Positions 12,325 to 24,722 of a stretch of 64,000 nt of DNA are shown here, in pieces. Source of the stretch: Phyllosticta citribraziliensis (Eukaryota); assembly GCF_038025025.1 (NCBI RefSeq), contig NW_027117351.1, positions 620,001 to 684,000 on the forward strand. The letters are read 5' to 3'. The position numbers and the translations under genes are program-made. Below the pieces are notes generated by a model that did not search any database, had not been told where the DNA came from, and saw nothing but the letters and a program-made list of their open reading frames with translations. The stretch's first letter is position 1. Every line of letters begins with the position of its first letter.

Positions 12325-13305
12325 TTATTCGTGCGACCACTGCGGCTTCTCCTTGTTCGCAAATGCCGTCATGCCTACCAAGCCACAAGTCAGCAAACGA
12401 CAAGCCGCCCAGCTGCCTTGAAGTAGACTCACCAATCTTCTGGTCCTTGCTGCCAAACAGCCCGTGGAAGAGCGTCCGCTCGTGGTCATAGCCGTCCCGC
12501 AGCCCCAACTCCTGGCTCTTATTCACAGCCTCCTTTGCCGCCTTGACCGCGATGCGGCTATAGCTAGCAATCTTCTCCGCCGTGGCAATGGCACCGTCGA
12601 CGCACTCGGCGGGGGTTTCGAACACCTTGGCCGCCAGCCCCCACTGCTCGGCCTGCGCGCCGGTGAAGTTGTCGCCGGTCAGGACCAGCTCCATAGCCTT
12701 TGCCTTGCCGATGGCGCGCGTCAGGCGCTGCGAGCCGCCCATGCCGGGCAGCACGCCGAGCTTGATCTCGGGCTGGCCGAAGCGGGCGCCCTTGGAGCAG
12801 TACAGGATGTCGCCCATCATGGCCAGCTCGCAGCCGCCGCCCAGCGCGTAGCCGTTGACGGCCGTGATGACGGGCTTCTTGGTCGCGTGGACGAAGTCGG
12901 TCCACATCTGGATGAAGTCGCGGCCGTAGGCGTCGGCGAAGCTCTTGTCCTTCATCTCCTTGATGTCGGCGCCCGCTGCGAAGGCCTTCTCCGAGCCTGT
13001 GATTACGGTTGCCCCGATGCTGTCGTCTTTTTCGAAGCGCCGGAGCGCGTCGCCCAGCTCGAGGCCGAGGGGGGTGAAGAGGGCATTGAGGGCTTTGGGG
13101 CGGTTGAGCGTTACTGGAACTTGTCAGAATTTTGATATTTCTGGGTGGATTATGGTTCAGTACTTAATCCAACACCTGGCTTGGGCGTGGAGACGGTTAT
13201 GTGCTCGAAAGATGGAGCTGCAGAAGAGTATGGGCGAGCCACTCGCGGCAGGGATGCGGGGATGAGCGTGTAGCCGGCGCGAGTGGAGATTCGAAAGGCA
13301 GACAT
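12325..13305 (-). CDS. echA: Mitochondrial short-chain enoyl-CoA hydratase (crotonase family); exons 13305-13164, 13113-12433, 12374-12325
   Basis: ITLNRPKALNAL, AFAAGADIKEM, AVNGYALGGGCELAM and FGQPEIKLG motifs; Arg/Ser-rich mitochondrial presequence; two canonical introns. Confidence 0.95.
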
Positions 13306-13872
13306 GTTGCAAAAGCGACAGAGAAGCGTGAACAGAGGTGGACCCAGAATGAATTGAGGACTAGCTAAGGTAAGATACGTGAGAGCTCGGGAACGGCCAA
13401 GCTGGAGCTTGTGAAGCTCAGGTCTCGAAGGAATCCCGAGGCAAGCCGACGTGCACTGGCTTGCGTCATGGTGCCGGGGCCCGTTTGGCCGCCCCGGGCA
13501 CCAGACTGCCTTAGTCAGCCGTCGGGGATGCAAACACTGCAAACTTGGCGATCCATGCCCCAGGCACTCAGGCACTCAGGCCAGGGTCGCTTGTGCTGCG
13601 ACTGGCGACCTGGCAAAGTTGGGGGGCAGCTCCAACCAAATCTCTCTGCTGTAAACGCGTTCGCATCTCATCCCCTCGGTCGTGCTTGCGGGAGTAACGG
13701 TCTATTCTTCTTGTCCAACCTTTTTGGACGCTCGTCTCCGCCGTCACATCCAGTCCTCCCTCTCGCCCGCCGTCCGACGAATCAACTACCGCACGCTGTT
13801 CCAAACCCGGCGCAGTCTCGATCCATCCGCCCCCCCAGTCGGTCGTCGACGATTTTTCCCACTCGCGCGACC

Positions 13873-14615
13873 ATGATGGATGCGCCTGAGCCCGACACGC
13901 CCTTTGCGGCTGTGAGCGCGCAGACGACCAAGTTTGGCCAGGTAAGAATGGCTTTGTTCCCGACGCTGCTCGGCGCGCGCTGACGGGTCGGGTCGCCCAA
14001 CAGATTTATCAAGCCTATCTCGACAAGTCGACGCCCTTCATCGTGCAAAGATGGGTGGGCACCGCCGTGCTATTCCTCGTCTTCGGCCTGAGAATCATCT
14101 TTGCTCAGGGATGGTACATTGGTAAGGACGCGCGCATGGTCGCTTTTGTAACTGGAGGGCGCGTGGCTGACGTCAAGCGCAACAGTTGCCTACTCGCTCG
14201 GAATCTACCTGCTGAACCTCTTCCTCGCCTTCATCTCGCCCAAATTCGACCCCGCGCTGGAACAGGATGAGGGCATGGAGGACGGCACGGCTGGCGGACT
14301 GCCGACCAAGGAAGAAGACGAGTTCAGGCCGTTTGTGAGACGGCTGCCCGAGTTCAAGTTCTGGTACTCGGCGACCAAGGCCATTGCCATTGGGTTCCTC
14401 TGCACCTGGTTCGAGATGTTTGACCTGCCCGTCTTCTGGCCTGTGCTCGTCGTCTACTGGTTGATTCTCTTCCTCTTGACAAGTAAGTGCACCGGGGGAC
14501 TAATCTTTGACATGTCTTTTCTAACCATGTCACAGTGAGGAGGCAAATTCAGCACATGATCAAGTACCGCTACGTGCCGTTCACGGTGGGCAAGAGGCAG
14601 TTCCGCGGCAAATAG
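13873..14615 (+). CDS. RER1: Golgi-to-ER retrieval receptor Rer1; exons 13873-13941, 14004-14121, 14186-14482, 14536-14615
   Basis: [54 protein letters not shown] and [14 protein letters not shown] motifs; three canonical introns. Confidence 0.97.
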
Positions 14616-15326
14616 GCGCGTGGCGCAGGAGCCGAGCTGGTCGAGTGGAGTGGTCCCAAAAGCGTAATTGACGGAGTCGAGTTGGGGCTACCATGGAGGG
14701 AGCACGGCAGCGTTGACGAATTTCCGACTTCCCCCGAGGCATGGCACGGAGTAATTGGAGTGTACAACAAGCTAAGAGCCGGACAGTGGGAGGTGTAGGT
14801 ACGACAATTTATTCTGCGGAAAAAGAGACGCGAGGATAATTTTGCTACTTCTAGGATGGTGCGATGCGATGCAAGAGATGTTCGTCAACAAAATGACGGG
14901 CGCACAATTGGCCGTTGGGCGGGTACAAAAGTCAGTCAGTAGATGAAGAGCCGCAGGGACTTTCAACGTCCGGTCGTGGGTGGTCCAAGTCGTGCTCTGG
15001 CCGCACGTCCTCATTGGCTCGCGTGGCAGACGATCCCCCGCCAGGCTGCCCCTCAACACCAGGCGGTCGTGCACATGGCATCTGCGCTTGCTTTGACAGG
15101 CCCGAAGCCCTGGAGCAGGTGGCCTTCTCGCCGTCTGTCCCCAGCCCCAGCAGAGCCTCTCCATGTGCTGCCGATGATAGGCCCTCGACTCAACCGCTGC
15201 CCATCATGTCCTGTGATCTTCTGAAGATTCGTCCTCCACGCGCCTGCCGACCATGTCAAATATATCTGCCTCCGCCTCCGCCTCCGGGCCCTCTTGATAC
15301 TCTCTCCTGCATCGCTCTTCAACAAC

Positions 15327-18131
15327 ATGGCGTCCACCTCCGTGCCCTTCTTCCCCGGGCTCAGCCTCCCCATCGACCCCGTCACCCACCTTCCCTTCAT
15401 TCTTCTTGCTCTGGTCCTTTTTGTTCTTCTCGTTTTCCTTTATGCCTTGAGAGATACCCAAGATACCCGTCAAAAGCCTTCCAACTCCCTCCACGCCTAC
15501 ATCAGGTTTGTCTGGGGCTGCTTCCTCAAGCCCCACACCGGAGACGGCACCCGCAACCAGCAGGACGCCCTCGAGAGCTTCTACCAGGCCCAGGCCTCCG
15601 TCTACGATGCCACTCGCGCCAGGCTGCTCAGCGGCCGCGACGACATGCTCGCCCTGGTCGCTGCTCAGCTCAAATACAAGGTCGATGCTGGCATCCTCCC
15701 GGGAAAGCCAATATGGATCGATGTAAACACTTGCTTGCCCCTCCCCCATCCCACCTTTTTTTTTTTTTTTACTGACAAGCCCCCCAGATTGGCGGCGGCA
15801 CTGGCTGGAACATTGAGCAAATGGCCAAGTTCCTCGACGTCCCCGAATTCTTCCGCTCCGTCTACGTCGTCGATCTTTCCCCCTCGCTGTGCGAGATTGC
15901 CCGCAACCGCTTCGCTCGCCTGGGCTGGAAAAACGTCAAGGTGGTATGCCAGGACGCGCGCTCGTTCCGCGTCGAAGACCACGAGGTCGTGCCGTCGGAC
16001 GAGCGGTCATTGGTGCGAGTCAATTCGGGCGAGTACGCTGCCGACGGCAGGAAGAAGACGCTCGGCGCCGAACTCGTAACCATAAGCTACGCCCTGTCCA
16101 TGATTCCCGAGTACTACTCGGCCATCGACTCCATCTCGTCGCAGCTGTCTCCCAACGGCATCGTCGGCGTCATTGACTTTTACGTCCAGAGCCGCGTCGA
16201 GTTCCAGAGCCGCAACTATGTCGGCGGCGTCATCGATAGGCACTGCATGTGGCTGTCGCGCGTCTTTTGGCGGACTTGGTTTGAGATTGACCGCGTGAAT
16301 CTCGAGCCGGCCAGGAGGGTATGTTTTTGAAGCCAGTCTGACGGACATTTCTGACTCGGCCAGGACTATCTCGAGTACAAGTTCGGCACCATCCTCAACA
16401 TCAACGCCCGCAACCATCTCCTCGGTGTGCGCATCCCCTACTACGTGTGGATCGGCTGCTCCAAGGACAGCGGCACCTCGCCGTCCAAGCTAGCCGAAGT
16501 CGACGCTGCTGCCACCGAGTCCCCCTTCCTGTCCGCTCTGGACCTCCAAGCACGCACCTCGGGTCGGCTCGACAGTGGCGTGGAGCTTCACTCCAAGGCG
16601 TACGAATCGGCCATTGTCAACTTGGCCGCAAGTCTTCCCCTGCCCGCTAGCTGGTACCAGAACCACCACTGGAGAATATACTACGACGCCCAGCTGCCGA
16701 AGCACAGGCAGTTCAAGGATCAGTACATCTACGCATTCACGTGGGAGGACAGCCGCGAGGACGCCAAGCTGCTCCAGGTCAAGTCCAGCGACGTCATTCT
16801 GGCCATTACCAGCGCCGGCGACAACATCCTGTCCTTTGCTCTGGAGAAGCCCAAGCGTATCCACGCAGTCGACCTCAAGTGAGCCTCGATTCTCCTGCAC
16901 TCCTTGATTTCTTGCTGACCCCTCCCCCTAGTCCCACCCAAAACCACCTGCTCGAACTCAAGGTCGCCGCCTTCACGGCCCTCGGCTACGCCGACGTGTG
17001 GAAGATATTCGGCGAGGGCAAGCACGAAGCCTTCCGCGACCTGCTCATCAACAAGCTCAGCCCGCACATGTCGAGCCTGGCGTTCGAGTACTGGCTGCGC
17101 AACGGGCCGGGGGCGTTCGCGGCGGCGGGCAAGGGGCTGTACGCGACGGGCGGGTCCGGGCAGGCGCTGCAGCTGGTGGGCTGGATCCTGCGGCTGATGG
17201 GGCTCAGCGAGGAAGTCAAGAAGCTGTGCGCGGCCGGCACGCTCAACGAGCAGCGCGAGATCTGGAATCGCAGCGTGCGCAAGGTGCTGCTGTCGCGGCT
17301 GCTCAGCTGGGGCGTCATCAGCAACGAGAAGTGGCTGTGGAAGGCGCTGGGCGTGCCGCCGAACCAGCGCAACCTGATCGAGCAGGACTTTGTGCGGCTC
17401 AACAGCAACGAGCACCCCAACCCCAACAGCACGGCGAGCTCGACGCAGCACCGCAAGGACGACCACAGCATCCCCAGCGGCGTGCGCTCCGGCCACGCCA
17501 TCTGGGAGTACGCCGTCAACACGCTCGACCCGCTGGTGCAGCACACGCTGCTCAGCAGCGACAACCACTACTATCTGCTCACGCTCCTTGGACACTACAC
17601 GCAGCGCAGCCACCCCACCTACCTCTCGCCGAAAGCGCACATCAAGCTCAGCAAGCCGGGCGCCTTCGACGGCCTGCGCATCCACACGGACGAGCTCAAC
17701 GAAGTCTTCGCGCGCATGTCGCCCGGCACCCTCACCATCGCCGTCGTCATGGACTCGATGGACTGGTTCGACGAGGCGTCCGACGCCGCGGCTGATCAGG
17801 TGCGTGCCCTCAACCGCGCGCTGCGCATGGGCGGCCGCGTCATGCTGCGCAGCGCGGCGCTGGCGCCGTGGTATGTGCGCGTCTTCGAGGCCAACGGCTT
17901 CCGCGGCAAGAGGGTGTCGGCGCGCATGCCGGGCGCGTGTGTCGATAGGTCTGTTTCTCCTCTCCCTCTTCCTACTTCTCCTCGTTCTGTGGCGCATTCG
18001 CTGACTTGCGCGAAAGGGTTAACATGTACGCGTCGACGTGGATATGCACCAAGGTTGCGTCGATTGATCCTGCGGCGGAGCCGGAGAATGTCGATGGCAT
18101 GGGTAATCCGATGGAGAGGCTGAAAATCTGA
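15327..18131 (+). CDS. BTA1: Betaine lipid (DGTS) synthase with fused BtaB-like methyltransferase and BtaA-like domains; exons 15327-15722, 15788-16318, 16364-16878, 16932-17948, 18017-18131
   Basis: N-terminal TM segment, QQDALESFY..QA.VYDATR, SAM motif WIDIGGGTG, YIYAFTWED, LAITSAGDN, VDLNPTQNHLLELK, VMDSMDWF and DRVNMYASTW. Confidence 0.93.
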
Positions 18132-19246
18132 TGACCGTACTATTTGGTCTCTCTCTTAGCGTTGTCTTTTACGTTTTTGGTTTGAAGGTTTGAAGATTGG
18201 GAGGGGGTTGGATAGGTAGGTATGAGAGATAGAGAGACAGAGGAGGGAAGCAAAGAGGAAGGACTGTGAGATGAGATATGAGACATGCTGCCTCGTTGCC
18301 TTGTTGCGTTTAGATTTAGAGTCGTATACCACGCCGCTGCTACTCTTCGTAGTGCCATAGCTTGAATTGGATCAGTACAATGCTTTACTGCAGGCGTGTG
18401 TGATGGTGCTTCAAAACGGAGGGGAGGGGAGGGGCGGGGTCGGGGTGTGGGTTGCGTTGGTTGATGCTGACCCGCGACTGTGTTGTGCTGGGAGCTGAGG
18501 CGTGTGGTGTGCAAAAGGGGAAGTTGGAAAAAGAAGTATATGGTCTAGTCTCCCGCGTAAAGACAATGAAGGCAGCAGTGTTGTTGCGGACCCGCAACTG
18601 GGCCTTGCTAGGGAGGGCTGCATGTTCAACATTAGCATTGAATCTGGTAGTGGCCATGCTGTTGCGGTACGGTGTTGGTAAGGCATAAGTACAGTGCGGA
18701 CACGGTATCTGTGCAAGTCACGTCCAGACGAGCGGCACGGAGGGTGCGCGAGTTTGCTGGAGTTGCTGATCCGCTGGGTTGCGTTGGGCAGTTTGGGTGT
18801 TGGCTCGTAGAAAGCGAGAACGGCGAGGACCGCGATTTTTTTGATGCAAAATGGAACCGTGATATCGTTGAATTGGAGGAATCCTGATCATTGGACTGCG
18901 GTGTGGATGTGGAATCTGTTTGACTGCCGTTTGCTCGACTGATTCGGCGGCTGTCCACCATTCCCGAAAACACTCGCGGAGACGGACGACTCCGGTGCTG
19001 GGGCTCTCCTCGTCTCTCGTGCTCGGACGAGGTCACGCAGTGCACGCACCTTCAATCCCAAATCTTGAACTGGAAAAGCCACAAGGTACTTTTTGCAGAC
19101 ATGCGAATCATTTTTGTCTTATCAAACGATTCCCCGAAAAACCCAGAAACCTGAGGGTGTTGTAGCGCCCCAGCACCTGAAAGGCCACCACCACCACCGC
19201 CATGACCAACGATCCATGCATCCCTTTCCCCTCGTCTGCCGCCGCT

Positions 19247-19846
19247 TTAACGGTACGACTTTTGGTATCTCGCGCGGGCACCGGGACCGCCGAACTTCTT
19301 GGGCTCGCACCTCCTGTTGTCGGCGACGAGGAGGGTCCTGTCGTACTGGGCGAGGGCCTGCTTGAGCTGGTTCTTGGAGTGCTCGTCGACGTACTTCTGG
19401 TAGTAGGCGATCTGTTGTGCCGCGAGTTAGTCATTTCGATGCTTCGAGGTCTTGGGCCGCTTTGATTCCCTATGTCTTTTTTTGGGAAGCGACGAGAGAG
19501 AAAGAGAGAGACGTACGATCGACTTGGCGATGGCCTGGCGGATGGCGTAGACCTGGGAGGTGTGACCACCACCGGAGACGCGGACGCGGATGTCAACGTT
19601 GGCTGTATCGGGCTGTCAGTTCCTCTGCGCCTTGGTTGATTGTTGGCGCCTGGAGATGAACGCACCGAACTTGTCGAGGCCGAGGATCAGGACGGGCTCG
19701 TAGACCTTGAAGCGCAGGACCTGGGGCTCAACGAGCGAGAGGGGCTTGCCGTTGACCTTGATGAGGCCCTTGCCGGCCTTGCAGTGGGCGACAGCGGTAG
19801 CCGTCTTCTTCTTGCCGAAGCATTGCACACTCTGGGTGGAGGCCAT
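19247..19846 (-). CDS. RPS16: 40S ribosomal protein S16 (uS9); exons 19846-19666, 19602-19517, 19411-19247
   Basis: [31 protein letters not shown] and [22 protein letters not shown]. Confidence 0.98.
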
Positions 19847-20137
19847 GTTGGTTGGATGGATGGCGCGGTAACGGTGTGCTGAGGTCGTCTCGTCGTCGTC
19901 GTCGGTCGGTGTCGCGGGCGGCGCTGAGCGAAGGTCAGTTTTTTCGGAGTCGCTAACGGATTGTGCGCGGAACCACCCGGGGCCCGATCTTATCTAATCT
20001 CGACATCAGCGCCCTCACCTCCGCCTCGCCGTCCGCATCAAGCACCGGAACACTACATCGGGTATCTTGCACAGAGCCTGCATCACCACAACTGCGGACT
20101 CCTTCAAGACACCAATTTCATCACCAAATATTGACCA

Positions 20138-21178
20138 ATGCTCTTTGCTTTTGGGTCCAACGGGTCAGGTCAGCTTGGCATTGGGCATGACGAGGACGTC
20201 CACACGCCTTCAGCAACCAGTATTCAAGCAGAGTCTGCCCTCACTGAACCCTTGCGCATCGACGCCGGAGGAAATCACACTCTGATTCTCACCAAAGACG
20301 GCGCCGTCTTTGCCGCCGGAGACAATGCCAACGGTCGCTGTGCATTCGGATCATCAATAGAAAGCTCATCGAAATTTCGACCATGTCTGCCATGCGGTCC
20401 CACCCCTCAAGCTCGATTCCAGACGTGTGCCGCAACGTGGGAGGCTTCCGTATTTGCCTCAGACCGCCAAGTTCTAAGCTGCGGCTCCGGAGTCAAAGGA
20501 GAGCTTGGACAAGGAGAGAACATTGTCGAGTCGGCCCAAGCGCAGCCCATTCCTGGCTTTCCTCCTCCAGACACGCACGTTATTGACATGGCGGCAGGTA
20601 TGAACCATGTCGTCGCCGTCCTCGATAATGGAGACGTCTATGGATGGGGCAACGGCCGCAAGGGTCAACTTGGTGAGGCGACGAGCATCGTTTGGTCTCC
20701 TCGCAAAATCTCGAGCATCTCCTTTCCCGTGCGCCGCGTTGCCTGTGGGCGTGAGTTCACCTTTGTCATCGGAGATTCCTCACGAGGACAGTGTGCTCTC
20801 CTGGGTGCCGACAAGTGGTCCATTGCATCTGCAGCACCGCAGAGCGTGCCAGGCTACATCGACGTCGGAGCTGGGTGGAGCAACATCTACATTCTGCAGC
20901 GTGATGGCACCATTCTGGCCTGGGGCCGCAACAATCACGGTCAACTCCCTCCCAGCAAACTGCCTCCCGTTGAAGCCATGGCTGCAGGTAGCGAGCATGT
21001 CCTGGCCAAGACTCGCGATGGAAAGGTGCTAGCCTGGGGATGGGGCGAGCATGGCAACTGCGGACTGCCTACAGATGACACTGGCAATGTTGCTGGAACG
21101 TGGAATGAGGTGCAGACTTCAGGGTCTGTCCAATTTATAGCCGCAGGATGCGCGACCAGCTTCGTTTTCGCATCATAG
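20138..21178 (+). CDS. ATS1: RCC1-repeat protein, Ats1/Kti13-like (Elongator-associated)
   Basis: Single exon of 346 aa; MLFAFGSNGSGQLG and repeated GxNH/GWGNGRKGQLG/WGRNNHGQL/WGWGEHGNCG blades; ends GCATSF. Confidence 0.85.
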   Translation: MLFAFGSNGSGQLGIGHDEDVHTPSATSIQAESALTEPLRIDAGGNHTLILTKDGAVFAAGDNANGRCAFGSSIESSSKFRPCLPCGPTPQARFQTCAATWEASVFASDRQVLSCGSGVKGELGQGENIVESAQAQPIPGFPPPDTHVIDMAAGMNHVVAVLDNGDVYGWGNGRKGQLGEATSIVWSPRKISSISFPVRRVACGREFTFVIGDSSRGQCALLGADKWSIASAAPQSVPGYIDVGAGWSNIYILQRDGTILAWGRNNHGQLPPSKLPPVEAMAAGSEHVLAKTRDGKVLAWGWGEHGNCGLPTDDTGNVAGTWNEVQTSGSVQFIAAGCATSFVFAS

Positions 21179-21813
21179 CCTCCAGGGGATCGCCGAGGCA
21201 TACACCATTCCGTTATATTAAGGAGTAAACAGCTCAAGACGACATATTCATAGCCAAAAGGGGTACCATCTTGGCCGCATGTCAGCTGCAACGAGCGATG
21301 GAGCCCTAGGCGCTAGCCCTGCCTTGGCGCCTTGCACGACGATGGCATCCTCGGCTCCAGGTCAGATGCAGAAGTGGTTATCATTGCTGTCTGCGTGCTT
21401 CGAGTTGGTATCCTGAGTCAGCAGGTCATCACGTGGAGTGAGTGCAGAGGAGGTGAAGTGGAAACCTCAGGAAGCACCAGCACTTGACTTGTGAGTCGTG
21501 ACAGTGTCGCTTGGGTTTGGGCCGAGTCTCAGGCCCTTGACGTTGGGTCTGAAACATGGGTCGGGGGTGACTGTAGGGACAAGGCGGAGGGTGTTTTAAG
21601 CGCGCGAGGGAAATGATATTATCAAAGGCAGAGCCAGGAGGGAGCAGTCCGAGTGCATGTCGAGTAGCGTAAGATGGGGACGAGGGACTGTCAGCCAGCC
21701 CAGCGTGGGGTCGCACACGTCAAACCGAAAGTCTCCTGTCGCTCTTGGCGCCTCTTTTAGTCGTTGCCGAACGACACTACACCCGTCCACCATCGTTCCC
21801 GGTCAATGACCCC

Positions 21814-23311
21814 ATGCCGAACAAGGTGAATACCCTCTCCTCTCCAGCCCAGCGCCTCCAACTGACGTCTGCTACCGGTGCGGCTCAATCCTGGCCACCA
21901 TCCCAAGCGGTCAACCCCGAGGAGGAGGCAGCCGACCAGCAATGGCCAGGCAGCGTACGCGGAGCAGCAGCCTTTCGTTAGCCCACAGGTGCATGCCATG
22001 TTGCCCGCCAACGCGTATCAACCCATCCCAGCGACGTCTACAATGCCCGCGGGGGCATCCACCTACCCTCCAGCGCATGCCCCACACGTCCCTCCTCCTC
22101 TACAACATATGCCACCGCCGCCGCAGCCTCCTCCTCCGCAAGATGTAGTCGACACCCAGGACCCCTCTCACCATCACCACCACGGCCGAGCCCCCCACCA
22201 GTATCACCAAGACCACCACAACCATAACCAGCACGCGCCCCCGGACCTCGACGTCGACACGCCCCGCGAGGGCAGCACCTACCCAGACTTCGAGGCCTTG
22301 CGCTTCGCCGTCAACAGCTGGGCTCTCCGAGACAAATTCCTCACCAGGATCCACAAAAAGGATCAGACCCGCGCCATATACCAGTGCCGTCACTTTGCCC
22401 AAGGATGTCCGTGGAAGCTTCGCGCTACCATCAACAAGGACACGGGCGTCCTGACCGTCTCCTCGGTCATACCAGAACACACATGTAGCAGGGACGTCTA
22501 CGAAGACGCAGACGGCAAGCCGAAATACGCCAAGCGCGGCGTTCAGTACACTCAAAGATGGGTCAAGGACGCCATCCAGAGGGCTGGCTTCACAGTCACC
22601 ATGGACACCGAGGCGCGCCAGATAGTGGACCTGATACGCGAACGCTTTGGCGAGGACATTAGCGAACGCCTCGCCGCAAAGTCAAAGCAGTCTCTGCTGG
22701 AAGCCCGAGGAGAAGCGATGCCACGCCGACCGAGCCACAAGCCCGGAAGGCCCAGCAACGCGGCAGTCGAAGAGCGCCAGCGCGACATGCAAGTCGCCAT
22801 GGCAGAGTCTCGACACGTAGACCGCATGACGCGGGAATCGCAGGCCCTGGGTTTCGACATCAACGGGCACGACATCAACGGAGACCCTCTTCCATCACAG
22901 CCGCAACCTCCGCCGCAAGACCGGCCCTTCGTCTTCGAGTCGGGCGTACGCGTCATAGGGCCGGCCAGCCCTCCTCGGTCGACTCAGCGGCGGCAAACGT
23001 TGCCCACGACGCTCACCGACTACTCCTACAACAGCGGCTTCGGCGGCCCCACCTCAGCCACATCCAGTACGACCCGGGCGTCGGCCATGCCGGTGTCACC
23101 AGCCATGGAGACACGAACGTGTCCCAAGTGCTCCGGCAGCGGCCTCGTCCGCGCCCCTCCCAACAGCAACGGCACCAGCACCGTCAACGGAGCCGACGGC
23201 AACAACGACGACGACGAGCTGACCCTGCTGCAGAAGCAAGTGCAGCTCATTTCCAAGCAGATTTCGCTGATGCAGCGCAAACGACAGCAGCAGCAGAATG
23301 GAGCTGGATGA
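21814..23311 (+). CDS. Protein with a Mutator/MuDR-type (WRKY-GCM1 fold) zinc-finger DNA-binding domain and no transposase catalytic domain; probable domesticated transcription factor. Possible exon 1 at 21814-21825 and intron 21826-21907
   Basis: GSTYPDFEALRFAV..WAL..KF...YQCRHFAQGCPWKLRA...SVIPEHTC (C-x6-C-x23-H-x-C), then an HTH-like segment (ARQIVDLIRERFGEDIS), a KPGRP AT-hook-like motif and a C-terminal coiled coil. The start is uncertain; the alternative ATG is at 21998. Confidence 0.75.
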
Positions 23312-23880
23312 GGTCATTTGTCTCTTGGGGCTCGTTTTCTCGATTGCTTGACCGATCTCTTGAGCACCCTGGCTGGCCGCGCGCGCCCGAAAGCTACATC
23401 TGGCAAGCAGCAGATCAGACATGTGAATCTGAATGGGAGGGAGGGATGTGGGAGCTGGTTCGATGTGGCGGCGGCGCCGGAGACCAGGGCCCCTTTTGCG
23501 CGTGGGGAGAGGACGCGGGAGGTGGAGAGCGCACAGCAAGCAGCACGGGAAGGGAGGGAAGGAGTAGGGGCAAAGTAACGAGGACGAGTATTCCCCTGTG
23601 CTGCAAAAAAACAACACTTTCCAAAGACTTTGGGAACCAAAACTAGTTGCGGGCGCCAGGGGTTTTGGCCGAGCTGCCACGCGCTGGCCGGCGGGTGGAT
23701 GGACTACCGCAGAGCAGCGCGTGTATGGGCGGGGCATGAGACTGCTGCTGACCAGACAAACCAAGCGACCGACCCACGTCACTATCGTCATCGGCAGCAG
23801 GAGCAGCAATGAACAAGGCGCGGGTGGTCGGGTCGGGTGTGGTGATGGGACATGCATGAGGAGACGGAGGAGGACGTCGA

Positions 23881-23917
23881 CTACCTACCTACCTACCTAC
23901 CTTACCTACTTACGGCC

Positions 23918-23947
<30 letters not shown>
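23881..23947. repeat. Compound (CTAC)n/(TCTG)n microsatellite
   Basis: Read directly. Confidence 0.85.
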
Positions 23948-23948
<1 letters not shown>

Positions 23949-24722
23949 AGTTCGTGTGTGCAAGCGCGTCGTTTTTGGTTGGTTGGCTGCAAGGAGGCAA
24001 AAGGGAGGGAGGGAGGGAGCACACAACACCACTCGCGAAGGTTTTATATCACATCATCACTTTCTCAACATCCTCACCATCACATCGTCATCATCTTGCT
24101 CTCCCTTTCCCCTTCCCTGCTCTCAGACGTCTAGCTGTAGCTGTTCTTTTCTTTTCCACTTTTTCTCCCTTTTCTCTCAATCAATCTATATGTCCATCCA
24201 GCCATACATCTTCTCTAGGAATGAGACAAAGCCTGCTTGATCGAATGTGTGTTTTTGCGGAGAGTGTGAGGTGTGCTTTGAACAATCGGAGAGGCAAGGT
24301 AAGGGAAGGAAGGTAATGAAGTCACTGGGCAGGTACATGTAGGTATATCATGACCAAGCACCCAATCTGCCAACAAATCCACAATGTCATAAGCAACAGA
24401 CTCTATCATTTCAAGCAAGAGCATGGAGAGGAAAAGGAAAGGAAGGAGGGGGTGAACCACGAATGATGGGGACTCGGTTGTCTGAATAAATGAGAACTCC
24501 GTGTATCAATGCTTCTATGAACCTCTTTCTACTGCGCCAGTCTGCTCCGCTCCATGAGAAATAAGAAAGGGGGTATCAATCGATCCGAGGCGGGCAAGCG
24601 CGGAGCTACGTAGCATAGCTCGGATACTCGCTCGCGCTCGCGCTCCCGCCTCTACTCGTCGTATGCACATACATATGTACCGTACCGTACGTACCACACA
24701 AGCCCGTCAGCCAGCACCTCAC

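Noticed and set aside
12197..12432. Cryptic peroxisomal isoform of enoyl-CoA hydratase by intron retention or readthrough
   Set aside because: The retained-intron frame ends ...TPYA, which is not a PTS1, and no TGA-CTA readthrough context was seen at the stops examined.
14616..15326. Expected Pho4/NUC-1 site (CACGTG) upstream of the phosphate-starvation gene BTA1
   Set aside because: No exact match seen; only CACGTC at about 15004.
16729..17997. 422-aa antisense ORF and alternative-frame ORFs over BTA1
   Set aside because: Codon-bias shadows of a strongly GC3-rich exon.
18385..19045. Possible small spliced minus-strand gene between BTA1 and RPS16
   Set aside because: An acceptor-like CAG precedes an ATG, but there is no clear donor, branch point or homology.
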